A stretch of DNA of 64,000 nucleotides from an uncultured bacterium (GCA_963766885.1 CAVYBO010000002.1:86097-150096); one strand, 5' to 3'. Positions 8,824-18,751 are shown, counted from the first letter of the stretch. Made by a program: numbers and translations. The notes: a model not told the origin generated them from the letters alone.

Positions 8824-9858
8824 TTATTTTGCCAAACCGTATCTGTTTTCTTTGTCCTTCTTAAAATACTTGGAATTTTGAAGATTAACCATAATCGTGT
8901 TTTCCTTGACATATCGTTCTTTCATTACTTTTTCAACAATTTCCTTTTTGGTCAGAGGACCGTTTTTTTCTAGAATCTTTTTGATAACATCTCTTACGAT
9001 GCCGTTAATATAGCCCCACTCAGTAAGAGCATAAAGTCCTCGTCCGACTAGTACGAAGCGCGGGTCTTTTATCAGTTCGTTGTGTGTTGTCGCAACATGG
9101 GCTTTTTTAGAAAACATTTTTTCTATGGATTTTGCCACCTCGCTAAAATGAATCGGAGAGCCGTGTTTTCTAATTGCGAGGTATGCGTAATCTCTGATGC
9201 CTTTTACCGAAACATTTTTAGAATCTGCCATTCCCCATTCTCCCAAAGGATTCTTGCCGATTTTTTTAGATATTGAAAGCCAGCGCTTGAGCACTTCGGC
9301 ATCGCGATAATTTTGGTTGATGTCTTCCAGGTGTTTGAGAAATCTCTCAATTATTTCCGATTCCGGCAAAAGTTCGTCGTCAGAAAGCGATTTGTATAAT
9401 TTTTTCAGCGCTTCTTCAACTTTTCTTGCGTCTGGGTCGCTTATATGCCACCGATGCTTAAAGTCTTCGTCTTCTTTAGAACGCTTGAACATATCTCCTG
9501 CCACCAAAAGAAAATAAAGATGGTTCTGAAGAGATTTGTCTTTTGGCGCCATTAAATTTAGAAAATCTTCTTCTGCAATGATGCCGCCAAGAGACGAAAT
9601 TTGAGATTTGAGTTTTTCAAAAATTTCCGATGATTCTTTGTAGGTTTTGGACTTTCTTATATTCGCAAGAGCGGCGTTTTCGATTTGTCTTACACGCTCC
9701 CTTGTTATGTGATATTTCTGGCCTATGGCTTCCAGCGTATTTTTTTCTTGGTCTTTTCCAAGCCCGAATCTTGATATCAGAACATCGCGTCCTTTTGGAG
9801 TTATTCCGTCGAGAAGTTTTTTAACTATTGATTTTGGCTTGAAGTCTAATGTAGCCAT
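8824..9858 (-). CDS. sigma-70 region-4-like HTH domain protein (CPR-type)
   Basis: The N-terminal segment GLGKDQEKNTLEAIGQKYHITRERVRQIENAALANIRK resembles sigma-70 region 4. The remaining 250 aa are helical and of unknown function. Confidence 0.55.
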   Translation of the reverse strand: MATLDFKPKSIVKKLLDGITPKGRDVLISRFGLGKDQEKNTLEAIGQKYHITRERVRQIENAALANIRKSKTYKESSEIFEKLKSQISSLGGIIAEEDFLNLMAPKDKSLQNHLYFLLVAGDMFKRSKEDEDFKHRWHISDPDARKVEEALKKLYKSLSDDELLPESEIIERFLKHLEDINQNYRDAEVLKRWLSISKKIGKNPLGEWGMADSKNVSVKGIRDYAYLAIRKHGSPIHFSEVAKSIEKMFSKKAHVATTHNELIKDPRFVLVGRGLYALTEWGYINGIVRDVIKKILEKNGPLTKKEIVEKVMKERYVKENTIMVNLQNSKYFKKDKENRYGLAK

Positions 9859-9933
9859 TTTGAAGGTTTTAATCGTTTAATCTAAGCTGTTACCTATTAT
9901 TTCTATCATTGTTAATAATTAAAGTCAATAGCA

Positions 9934-12843
9934 TCAGTTTTTAACCACAAAATTGACTATTTTGTTCTTCACTACTATCGTCTTTATCACATTTTTTCCA
10001 TCAATTTTTGTGGCAATTTGTGGCAGTTTTTTTATTTTTTCCAAGACAATATTTTCTTCAGCATCTTTTTTCACCTCTATTGTTCCTCTTGTCTTGCCGT
10101 TGATCTGAATTGCTATTGTTACTTGCTCATTTTCAACTATTTTTGAATCAAAATTTGGCCATTTTGAGGCAAAAATAGAATTCTTGTTACCAATCTCCTT
10201 CCATAATTCTTCACAGGTGTGTGGAGCAAATGGAGAAAGGATTATTAATAATTTTTCAAAAGATTTTTTAGTAATTGATTTGTGCTCATAGATACTATTT
10301 GTACAGATCATAAGTGCAGAAATTGCTGTGTTGAATGCCGTGCTTTCAATATCCTCGCCGACTTTTTTGATTACTTTATTGATTGCGATTGTTACTTCTT
10401 TGGGTTCGCTTTTTGTAATCAATTCTTTTATTCCAAAAACTCTTTCAATAAATCTTCTCGCACCGATGATGCCTTTGTCATTCCATGCAATCTGAGCTTC
10501 GTGCGGGCCGAGGAAGGCCATATAAACTCGCATGGTGTCTGCTCCGTAAAGTTTGACGATATCATCCGGATTGACCACGTTTCCCCTGCTCTTGCTCATT
10601 TTTTCGCCATCTGGACCAAGGATTATTCCGTGAGGAATTCTTTTGGTAAAAGGTTCTTTGGCCGTGACAAGTTTTTGGTCATACAAAAATTGATTCCAAA
10701 ATCTTGAATACAAAAGATGTAGAGTGGTGTGTTCCATTCCACCCAAATAAATATCCACAGGGGTCCAATATTTTTGTTTTTTAATGTCAGCAAATTCCTT
10801 TGTATTTTTTGGATCAGTGTATCGAAGCCAATACCAAGAACTTCCCGCCCACTGCGGCATTGTGTTTGTTTCGCGCTTTGCGTTGCCTTTGCATATTGGA
10901 CATTTCGTATTTACCCATTTATCAATTTTAGCCAGCGGCGATTCGCCTGTGCCTGTTGGTTCGTAGTTTTTTACCTTTGGTAAGATCACAGGCAAATCTT
11001 TGTCAGGTACGGGCACAGCGCCGTGCTTGTCGCAATGAATTACAGGAATCGGCTCGCCCCAATATCTCTGGCGGGAAAACACCCAGTCGCGAAGTTTATA
11101 TTTTGTAACAATTTTTCCTCCTACAAATTCTATAATTCTTTTAATCGCTTCACCGCTTGAAAGTTCCGAAAAATTTCCAGAATTTATAACTTTACCTTTG
11201 CCTGTGAATATATGATCTTCTTTTGAGTTAAGCGCTCGCCAGATGGCCGATATTTCTCCTACAGGATTAAATGATTTTGGTATTGATTCATATGGAACCC
11301 AAGAAATACTGTGCTTGGATTTTTCTTCATCATTTATTTCGTCATGAAGATCATCTGCTAAAACTAATTCAAAAACATGCATATGCGCGTACCGATTCTC
11401 ATCTTTGTGCTCGGCATACCATTCAGAACGCATTTCATGTCCAATGCGTCTAATTGATGAAAAGTTTTTATAACCAGTTTCTTCATAAACTTCACGTTTT
11501 ACTGCATCTTCAAGATTTTCATTATTTTCGGCACCACCAATTACAAAAGTTTTCCATGGAAACTTTTTCCAAACAATCTGGAGGACAGCATTATTTTTTA
11601 AATTTCTTACAATCCCCTGCACAACTATTCTCGGAGCATTTTGTTTGTCTTTTCTTGGAGGATTTTTCTCATCAATAAAATGTTCAGCGACAACTTGTCT
11701 TATTGGCAAGTTAAATTTCTTTGCGAATTCAAAATCTCGTGTATCGTGCGCTGGCACAGCCATAATCGCTCCAGTTCCGTAACCACCAAGCACGTAATCA
11801 GCAACAAAAATTGGAATTTCTTTTTGGCTTGCTGGGTTTATTGCCTTTACTCCTTTGAGTTCCACTCCAGTTTTTTCTTTTCCTTCAGAGGTGCGCTCTA
11901 TTTCAGATTTATTTTTTACTTGCCTAATATATTTTTTGACCTCTTCTTTATTTTCAAGGACGTTATGTTCGTTGTCTGTTGCAAGTGTGACCCACAAATG
12001 TTCTGGTGCAAGCACTAAATACGTTGCTCCAAAAATGGTGTCGGGACGAGTGGTAAAAATTTTTAGATGGGCTTTCTCTCCGTTTGGTCCTCGTCTTTTA
12101 TTGTCGTCAGGATTTTTTTTGAAATCCAAGTAAAAATCAATTTCTGCCCCTTCTGATTTACCAATCCAATTCTCTTGCTGGATTTTTACAGCTTCCGGCC
12201 ATTCTGGAAGATGTTTTAATCCTTCCAAAAGCTTTTCTGCATAGTCAGTGATTTTCAGATACCACTGACGAAGTTCTTTTTTCTCAACGGGTGTTCCGCA
12301 GCGTTCGCATTTACCGTCAATTACTTCTTCATTTGCAAGCCCTGTTTTATCTTTTGGACACCAATTGATCAAGCCTGTGGCTTCATACGCCAAACCCTTG
12401 CTCAAAAGTTCCAAAAATATTTTCTGCGTCCACTTATAATATTTTGGATCGCTCGTATTTATTTCTCTTGACCAATCAAACCCTGTGCCCCAACTCATGA
12501 GCTGCTTTTTGGCATTTGCAATATTTTTTTTAGTAGAAACTTCTGGATGGACTTTGTTTTTGATCGCATAGTTTTCGGCGGGTAATCCAAAAGCATCCCA
12601 ACCAATTGGATAAACAGTATTTAATTCTTTCAGTTTGTAATATTTTGACATTGCGTCTCCTGCAAGATATGGCCGAAGGTGTCCCATATGAAGTCCTGCT
12701 CCAGAAGGGTATGGGAATTCAATCAAAACATATTTTTTCTTACCTTTGTTTTCTTTACTATTTTCTTTTGCCTCAAAAACTTTTTTGGATTTCCAAAAGT
12801 TCTGCCATTTCTTTTCAATTTTCTTCGGATCGTATTTATTCAT
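9934..12843 (-). CDS. leuS: leucine--tRNA ligase with an inserted NUDIX domain
   Basis: The ORF has the HMGH class I motif (PYPSGAGLHMGHLRPY), KMSKS (GEKMSKSRGN) and the editing-domain end VPAHDTRDFEFAKKFNLPI. It has a roughly 150-aa insert with the NUDIX box GGAENNENLEDAVKREVYEETGY (nt 11470-11538 on the minus strand) before KLRDWVFSRQRYWGEPIP. Confidence 0.9.
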   Translation of the reverse strand: MNKYDPKKIEKKWQNFWKSKKVFEAKENSKENKGKKKYVLIEFPYPSGAGLHMGHLRPYLAGDAMSKYYKLKELNTVYPIGWDAFGLPAENYAIKNKVHPEVSTKKNIANAKKQLMSWGTGFDWSREINTSDPKYYKWTQKIFLELLSKGLAYEATGLINWCPKDKTGLANEEVIDGKCERCGTPVEKKELRQWYLKITDYAEKLLEGLKHLPEWPEAVKIQQENWIGKSEGAEIDFYLDFKKNPDDNKRRGPNGEKAHLKIFTTRPDTIFGATYLVLAPEHLWVTLATDNEHNVLENKEEVKKYIRQVKNKSEIERTSEGKEKTGVELKGVKAINPASQKEIPIFVADYVLGGYGTGAIMAVPAHDTRDFEFAKKFNLPIRQVVAEHFIDEKNPPRKDKQNAPRIVVQGIVRNLKNNAVLQIVWKKFPWKTFVIGGAENNENLEDAVKREVYEETGYKNFSSIRRIGHEMRSEWYAEHKDENRYAHMHVFELVLADDLHDEINDEEKSKHSISWVPYESIPKSFNPVGEISAIWRALNSKEDHIFTGKGKVINSGNFSELSSGEAIKRIIEFVGGKIVTKYKLRDWVFSRQRYWGEPIPVIHCDKHGAVPVPDKDLPVILPKVKNYEPTGTGESPLAKIDKWVNTKCPICKGNAKRETNTMPQWAGSSWYWLRYTDPKNTKEFADIKKQKYWTPVDIYLGGMEHTTLHLLYSRFWNQFLYDQKLVTAKEPFTKRIPHGIILGPDGEKMSKSRGNVVNPDDIVKLYGADTMRVYMAFLGPHEAQIAWNDKGIIGARRFIERVFGIKELITKSEPKEVTIAINKVIKKVGEDIESTAFNTAISALMICTNSIYEHKSITKKSFEKLLIILSPFAPHTCEELWKEIGNKNSIFASKWPNFDSKIVENEQVTIAIQINGKTRGTIEVKKDAEENIVLEKIKKLPQIATKIDGKNVIKTIVVKNKIVNFVVKN

Positions 12844-13431
12844 TTATCCTTGAATTTTGTTTCCAAACTTTTTTATTGAGAACCAAATTAATGCTCCAAG
12901 CGCAACCGCCAAGACAAAAACTTTTACCAAGCTGTTTGCATAACCCCAATATCTAATTGAAGCGATTAGAAAATCTAAAACGGCGCCGAGCGATAGTGCA
13001 ATAGACAAAACTTCTGAACCGTGGAAAAACAATGCTGCTGCAAATGTGATTACGCCCAAAGTAACAAGAGAAATAAAAATATCTCTGTCGTATGAATTCT
13101 GCGCATTTTCATATTTTTTCTCACAAGTATATGTTGGATTGCAAGAGCCAGTTGGTGCCACGTTAATCTGTTTTAACCCCAAAGCAGTTGGATTAAAAGA
13201 TGGGCCAGCAGGGCTGGGTGTTGGATACTGTGTCCAAGATCCTCCTACTGCGATACAAGTTTGTTGTGTTGTTGGTGTGGTGTTGACCTGTTCTGTCGGG
13301 CAAAAATCATTATATTGCGGAGTTGAAAAAACCAATGAGAGAGCGTAATTATAAAAAAGATTAAGGACAATAACTATTGCAATAACTAGCGACCATTTAA
13401 GAACCTTTGAATTGTTTTTGGTTTGATCCAT
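12844..13431 (-). CDS. hypothetical membrane protein (Thr/Pro/Cys-rich ectodomain, 3 TM)
   Basis: The 195-aa ORF has an N-terminal TM, a Cys-containing TPT-rich segment and C-terminal TM helices. Confidence 0.5.
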   Translation of the reverse strand: MDQTKNNSKVLKWSLVIAIVIVLNLFYNYALSLVFSTPQYNDFCPTEQVNTTPTTQQTCIAVGGSWTQYPTPSPAGPSFNPTALGLKQINVAPTGSCNPTYTCEKKYENAQNSYDRDIFISLVTLGVITFAAALFFHGSEVLSIALSLGAVLDFLIASIRYWGYANSLVKVFVLAVALGALIWFSIKKFGNKIQG

Positions 13432-13775
13432 ATTTTGCTGTTTCTTTATTGGTTTTTTATTGCATGATTTTACAATAGAAACTCTACTTTATCCACTTTT
13501 CTTATAATTGATTTTTAAATTATAAGTTCTAGAATTGTGCTGAACCTTGTTTTTTATGCCAAACCAAGTCCAGTCTTCCCAAAATGATTCTATCAGAACA
13601 CATTCTCAACCAGAATCGGACACAGGTTCTCTGCATCCAGAAGACCTCTATCAAAACTACTACTTTTTGAAGATGGTTGCAGAATACCACGGCGCGGAAT
13701 TGCGCAAATCGCCCGATTTCACAATCAAAAGCCAAGTGCGTTAGTCTCAGAGCGCGCTATTTTATTATAAAAATT

Positions 13776-13796
13776 GCTTCCGTTTTAATCGGAAGC
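13776..13796 (-). terminator. rho-independent terminator after the chorismate mutase-like gene
   Basis: A hairpin gcttccg-ttttaat-cggaagc is followed, on the minus strand, by a U-rich tract (plus-strand ataaaaatt upstream). Confidence 0.5.
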
Positions 13797-14206
13797 TAAG
13801 CCAAAAGGGGTTCGTGGCAGCGAGGACAAACCCGTCCGGCGGGATGTCTTTCGTCCCGCACACCGGAAGTTCGCCATTTGCATCCATCGCTATTGCAAAA
13901 GCGCGGCTCAAACGGCGAAAAATCTCCACCACCATTTCTTTGTCTAACCTGACTTCCTGTGTAAATGTCCATCATGAATGCAAACAGTGAATCTGCCATC
14001 TCTTCTGGAAATCCGATTTCCTTTGACCACAGCCTTATTTCGACTAGATGTGCCGCTTCTCGTTTCTCATCCCTGATTGCGAGATTGTTTTTCCGTTTGA
14101 ATTCCAAAACTTTTTGAACGATTGCAAGCCGCTTGGTAAATGCTGGCAAGAGTTCGTCTCTGTCAATCCTGTTAATTTCCTCACGAAAAATTTGAAGATT
14201 ACTCAT
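13796..14206 (-). CDS. chorismate mutase (AroQ class)-like protein with C-terminal Cys4 zinc-ribbon-like tail
   Basis: The N-terminal 90 aa match the AroQ pattern (R..I..ID..LL ... K ... IRDEKRE ... SQVRQ). The C-terminal 45 aa (CNSDGC ... CPRCH) are encoded by an unusually GC-rich stretch. Confidence 0.6.
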   Translation of the reverse strand: MSNLQIFREEINRIDRDELLPAFTKRLAIVQKVLEFKRKNNLAIRDEKREAAHLVEIRLWSKEIGFPEEMADSLFAFMMDIYTGSQVRQRNGGGDFSPFEPRFCNSDGCKWRTSGVRDERHPAGRVCPRCHEPLLA

Positions 14207-14244
14207 AACTAAAAAAACACTAACACCTAAAAGTCAAAAGTCAA

Positions 14245-15246
14245 TTAGATTCTGAATTCAATCACGTCGCCATCCTGGACAATATATTCTTTGCCTTCCG
14301 TGCTAACAGCGCCTTTTGTTCGGGCTGCTGCGTAAGATCCTGCTTCCAAAAGCGCGTCTGAAGCCACAACTTCTGCGCGAATGAATTTATCTTTAAAGTC
14401 TGTGTGGATTGCCATTCCTGCTTCTGGGGCAGTAGAATTTTTCTTGATCGTCCACGCGCGAGATTCATCTTCTCCTGTTGTAAAATAAGTTTCCAAATCC
14501 AAAAGTTTATAGCTTTCTTTGATAAGAGTATCGAGCCCTGTGCCGAATATCGGATCAATTTTGACATAGGCCCCTGGAATTTTAGCTGCGACTTCATCAG
14601 CCAGGTTTTCACTTGCCTCGGAAATATTTAGAACATACAAAATTGGTTTAAGTGTAAGTAGATTTAAGCTTTTGATAATTTTCTTTTCGTCTTCAGAAAG
14701 CGTTATGGTGTTTGCCAGTTTGTTTTGTTTTAATACTTCTTCAACTTTTTTGAGCACAGCTTCTTCTATTGCTGCAGATTTTTCTCCTTTTTTGAGATCT
14801 TTTGAAAGATTTGCTAAACGTTTTGAGACAGTTTCCAAATCTGCAAGCACAAGTTCCAAATTAATCACTTCGATATCAAATAAAGGATCTACTTTGCCTG
14901 CAACGTGAATGACGTCATCATCTTTGAATGTGCGAACCATTTCAATAATTGCATCCACTTCCTTAATGTTTGATAGAAATTTATTTCCGAGTCCCTCACC
15001 TTGGCTTGCTCCTTTGACTAATCCTGCAATATCAACAAATTCTACGATTGCTGGAATTGTTTTTTTGGACTTGCTCATAGCAGAAAGTTTTTGAAGTCTA
15101 TCATCTGGCACAGGTACGATTCCAACCGAAGGATCAATTGTACAAAAAGGATAATTTTCTGCGGGCACAGATTTATTTGTAAGCGTATTAAACAGGGTTG
15201 ATTTACCCACGTTTGGCAGGCCGACGATTCCAATTTTTATTTCCAT
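14245..15246 (-). CDS. ychF: redox-regulated/ribosome-binding ATPase YchF
   Basis: The ORF has a G1 box GIVGLPNVGKSTLFN, a TGS/YchF C-terminal domain and an EFVDIAGLVKGAS G3 region. Confidence 0.9.
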   Translation of the reverse strand: MEIKIGIVGLPNVGKSTLFNTLTNKSVPAENYPFCTIDPSVGIVPVPDDRLQKLSAMSKSKKTIPAIVEFVDIAGLVKGASQGEGLGNKFLSNIKEVDAIIEMVRTFKDDDVIHVAGKVDPLFDIEVINLELVLADLETVSKRLANLSKDLKKGEKSAAIEEAVLKKVEEVLKQNKLANTITLSEDEKKIIKSLNLLTLKPILYVLNISEASENLADEVAAKIPGAYVKIDPIFGTGLDTLIKESYKLLDLETYFTTGEDESRAWTIKKNSTAPEAGMAIHTDFKDKFIRAEVVASDALLEAGSYAAARTKGAVSTEGKEYIVQDGDVIEFRI

Positions 15247-15313
15247 CTTTGAAATATACCAAAATTATGTTTAAATTTCATCATATTTATAATTTCCATT
15301 TATAATTGATAAC

Positions 15314-16576
15314 ATGATCAAACACGACATAAAAAATATTTCACTCGCAGCAGTTGGCAAAAAAAGAATCCAGTGGGCGGCCAAAGATATGCCGGTTCTA
15401 GAAACGATTGCCAAAAGTTTCCAAAAGTCTAAGCCTTTGAAAGGGGTAAAAATTGCTGCGTGTTTGCATGTGACTACTGAAACTGCGAACTTGATGATAA
15501 CTCTCAAAAAAGCCGGTGCAGAAACAATGCTCTGTGCCTCAAATCCCCTTTCAACTCAAGATGATGTTGCCGCTTCGCTTGTAAAAGATTTTGAAATTCC
15601 TGTTTTTGCAATCAAAGGAGAAGACAATAAAACTTATTTTAAACACGTGAATATTGTTTTGGACAATCATCCGCAAATTGTGATGGACGACGGGGCGGAT
15701 CTGGTTTCTGAACTTCACAAAAATCGCAAAGACCAGACAAAAGAAATTTTTGGAAGCACAGAAGAAACTACAACAGGTGTAATTCGCCTTAAAGCTTTGG
15801 CAAAAGAAGGCAGATTGCAATTCCCCGTTGTCGGCGTGAATGAATCAAAAACAAAGCATATGTTTGATAATCGCTATGGGACAGGCCAATCAACAATGGA
15901 TGGAATCATCCGCGCCACAAATCGTTTGATTGCGGGTTCTGTGTTTGTGGTTGCAGGATACGGCTGGTGTGGTCGCGGACTGGCTATGCGCGCCAGAGGT
16001 TTGGGCGCCAGAGTAATTGTTACAGAAATCGATCCGATTAAAGCCCTTGAAGCAAACGCAGACGGTTTTGAAGTTGGCGCGATGAAAGACGCTGTTAAAA
16101 TTGCAGACTTTATTTGCACACTAACTGGAAATAAAAATGTGGTTGATGTGTTGCATTTTAAAAATATGAAAGACGGCTGCATTATTTCAAACTCCGGACA
16201 TTTCGATGCAGAAATAAACATTGCAGAACTCAAAAAACTTGCCAAATCAAAAGCAAAAATCAGAGAATCTCTTGAAGAATATTGTTTGTCATCAGGAAAA
16301 AAGATTTACGTGATTGCAGAAGGCAGGCTTGTAAACTTGGGCGCTGCAGAAGGCCATCCTTCTAGTGTTATGGATATGAGTTTTGCAAACCAGGCTTTTG
16401 CCGCTGAGTTTATTCTCAAATATCACAAAAATCTTTCCAAAGAAGTTCATACTCTGCCAAAAGAAATTGATGAAAAAATTGCAGAACTGAAATTGAAATC
16501 TCTCGGGATCACAATTGATAAATTAACAACAGAGCAAGAAAAGTATTTATCTTCATGGCAAGAAGGAACAGCTTAA
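15314..16576 (+). CDS. ahcY: adenosylhomocysteinase
   Basis: The 420-aa ORF has an NAD-binding GYGWCGRGLAMRARGLGARVIVTEIDP motif and an AhcY N-terminal domain. Confidence 0.9.
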   Translation: MIKHDIKNISLAAVGKKRIQWAAKDMPVLETIAKSFQKSKPLKGVKIAACLHVTTETANLMITLKKAGAETMLCASNPLSTQDDVAASLVKDFEIPVFAIKGEDNKTYFKHVNIVLDNHPQIVMDDGADLVSELHKNRKDQTKEIFGSTEETTTGVIRLKALAKEGRLQFPVVGVNESKTKHMFDNRYGTGQSTMDGIIRATNRLIAGSVFVVAGYGWCGRGLAMRARGLGARVIVTEIDPIKALEANADGFEVGAMKDAVKIADFICTLTGNKNVVDVLHFKNMKDGCIISNSGHFDAEINIAELKKLAKSKAKIRESLEEYCLSSGKKIYVIAEGRLVNLGAAEGHPSSVMDMSFANQAFAAEFILKYHKNLSKEVHTLPKEIDEKIAELKLKSLGITIDKLTTEQEKYLSSWQEGTA

Positions 16577-17499
16577 ACAAAGTTTTAGTTGTCGGCTCCC
16601 TTAGTATCGATAGGATTTTTGACCTGTCTTCAAATATTACAGATCAGATAAATATTAAATCAGGGAAACTCGGGACACAAAATTTGATGTTTACTGCATT
16701 AGCGAAACAGGAATATTTTGGCGGTACTGGAGGAAACATTGCTTACGGATTAAGTCTGCTTGGAGAGAGGTCAATTCTTGCGTCAATTGCCGGAAAGGAA
16801 TTTTTAGATTACGAAACGCACTTAAAAAATAAAAAAATTGAACTCCGCATACATAAAGACAAAAAAATGTTGGGCGCAGGATTTCTTTCAATGTCGGATT
16901 CCAAAAAACAGCAAGTTGGAATTTGGTTGCCCAACGCTTATGGCAAACACGTTGAAAATATTTCTCTTTCAAAACTTTTGCGTCCAAGTGATTGGAAAGA
17001 CATATCAATTGCAATTTTTGCGCCAGGAACTGCTAAAAGCATAACAAATAATTTAAAGGAATTTAGAAATAAAGATCAAAAAAACACTTTTGTGATTCTT
17101 GATCCTGGACAAATCCTGCTTGCAACATTTACCAGGCAACTTTTGACTGAAGCTTTTAAAAAGTCAGACCTTTTAATATTGAATGAAGTTGAAGCAAAGC
17201 AAGTTCGAGATTATTTCAAATTTACGCACAAAGAAATTTTTGACTTGGGAATTTCTTATATTATTGAAACGCTCGGAGAAAAAGGAAGTATTCTGCATGA
17301 ATTAAATAGGAAAACTAAAATTTCTGCTGTGAAAGTCAAAAAAGTTATTGATGCCACTGGTGCTGGAGATGCGTATCGGGCAGGATTAATACACGGAATT
17401 TTAACTAGAAAAACTATTGAAGAATCTATGGGTGTTGGCTCCAAAATGGGGGCAATCTGTGTTGGATTTGCCGGGCCACAGACATACAAAATTATTTAA
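16555..17499 (+). CDS. PfkB-family carbohydrate/nucleoside kinase (possible adenosine kinase)
   Basis: The ORF has a GG dipeptide motif GGTGGNIAYGL and a C-terminal DATGAGDAYRAG anion hole. It is adjacent to ahcY. Confidence 0.8.
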   Translation: MARRNSLNKVLVVGSLSIDRIFDLSSNITDQINIKSGKLGTQNLMFTALAKQEYFGGTGGNIAYGLSLLGERSILASIAGKEFLDYETHLKNKKIELRIHKDKKMLGAGFLSMSDSKKQQVGIWLPNAYGKHVENISLSKLLRPSDWKDISIAIFAPGTAKSITNNLKEFRNKDQKNTFVILDPGQILLATFTRQLLTEAFKKSDLLILNEVEAKQVRDYFKFTHKEIFDLGISYIIETLGEKGSILHELNRKTKISAVKVKKVIDATGAGDAYRAGLIHGILTRKTIEESMGVGSKMGAICVGFAGPQTYKII

Positions 17500-17716
17500 A
17501 AGCGTCTTTGATTTCCGATTCCCTGCCTTTTATCACTTCCATTATTGCATCCATCTGAGATTTGCCTTGTTTTGTTTTTTCCATTGCTTCCTTTGCAATT
17601 GTGCTCAAGAGTTCAGGATTCTTTTCAAAAATCTCCAAAATTTTCTCTTGCTGTTCTGGTGGAACATCTTTCATTTTGCTTTTAAGCATTTGTTTCATTA
17701 AAAAATTATTGAACAT
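17492..17716 (-). CDS. hypothetical small helical protein
   Basis: The 74-aa ORF lies directly downstream of ribH on the same strand and has no recognisable motif. Confidence 0.35.
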   Translation of the reverse strand: MFNNFLMKQMLKSKMKDVPPEQQEKILEIFEKNPELLSTIAKEAMEKTKQGKSQMDAIMEVIKGRESEIKDAFK

Positions 17717-17727
17717 GCGGATTTTAT

Positions 17728-18195
17728 TTAAAATTCCATTGAAAGCATTTTTAATAATGCTGTGGCGGCTTCGACACCTTTGTTCGTTTCTCCATGGGAA
17801 CGGATTTTAGCTTGCTTGAGATTATTTACTGTCAGGATTGCATTTGATATTGAAATATTTTCAGAAAGCATCACTTCCATAACCCCGTGTGTTGATTCAG
17901 TCGCAATGTGTATGTAATGATCTGTATCACCGCGGATCACACACCCTATTGCGATTATTCCTGAATACTTTTTTGTCCTTGCAACTTTTTTACAAATCAA
18001 AGGTATTTCAAACCCTCCTGGTGCTTTAAATGTTTTGATATTTTTTTCCAAAACTCCCGCTTTGATCAAAGTTTTTTCGGCAGCAACAGCCATTTTGCCA
18101 GTGATATCAAAATTGAATTCAGAAACAACAATTGCAATTCTGGTGTTTTTTGAAGCAGTTAATTTTTCTTCTTTGCTATTTTCTTTTCTTTGCAT
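17728..18195 (-). CDS. ribH: 6,7-dimethyl-8-ribityllumazine synthase
   Basis: The ORF matches the lumazine synthase fold motifs IAIVVSEFN....GGFEIP...IAIGCVIRGDT.HY. Confidence 0.85.
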   Translation of the reverse strand: MQRKENSKEEKLTASKNTRIAIVVSEFNFDITGKMAVAAEKTLIKAGVLEKNIKTFKAPGGFEIPLICKKVARTKKYSGIIAIGCVIRGDTDHYIHIATESTHGVMEVMLSENISISNAILTVNNLKQAKIRSHGETNKGVEAATALLKMLSMEF

Positions 18196-18751
18196 GAGTT
18201 TTATATTTTGCTAGTAAGTCAGTTTCTATATTTACGCTGTCTCCAACTGAAAGTTTGTCTAAATTTGTGTGTTCTAGTGTATATGGTATCAAAGAAACTT
18301 CAAAATAGTTGGCTGCCTTTTTGGAAATAGTTAAAGAGACCCCATTTATTGCAATTGAACCTTTATAAACAGCAACCCCCAAAAATTTTTCGGAAATTTT
18401 TATCTTAAAGACATTATTTTTTATGCTTATTATTTTTCCCATGCAATCAATGTGCCCAGAAACAAAATGTCCAGAAATTTTTCCTTGCCACTTGAGGCTT
18501 TGCTCAAAATTAACTAAATTTCCAATTTCTATTTCTTTTACTGTGGTTTTGTCCAAAGTTTCTTTCATATATTGAATATCAAAAGAATTTTTTTCGATTT
18601 TTACAACAGTCGAGCAAATACCGTTTAAATTCACACTCTCCCCTTCTTCAAGTTTTACTTTCTTTGGAATTTCTAAAGAAATATTTATTGAGCTTTTTTT
18701 CTTCTCAATATTTTTAACTTTTATTTTGTGTGAGATTATTCCGCTAAACAT
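18176..18751 (-). CDS. ribE: riboflavin synthase alpha chain
   Basis: The N-terminus MFSGII (MFTGIV-type) and two lumazine-binding repeats are present. The ORF is 191 aa. Confidence 0.85.
   Translation of the reverse strand: MFSGIISHKIKVKNIEKKKSSINISLEIPKKVKLEEGESVNLNGICSTVVKIEKNSFDIQYMKETLDKTTVKEIEIGNLVNFEQSLKWQGKISGHFVSGHIDCMGKIISIKNNVFKIKISEKFLGVAVYKGSIAINGVSLTISKKAANYFEVSLIPYTLEHTNLDKLSVGDSVNIETDLLAKYKTHAKKRK

Noticed and set aside
13807-13933. A GGGG ... CTCCACCACCA-bounded GC-rich stretch with CCGGAAG / CCGGCGGGATG motifs resembles a tmRNA or SRP RNA.
   Set aside because: The SRP-like motifs occur in the wrong order and orientation for helix 8. There is no T-arm or acceptor pairing for a tRNA-like domain. 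The 127-nt length fits neither class. It lies inside an open reading frame, so it is treated as part of the chorismate-mutase tail.
14262-14612. A 116-aa ORF on the minus strand.
   Set aside because: It is an alternative frame inside ychF, whose G-domain motifs are unambiguous.
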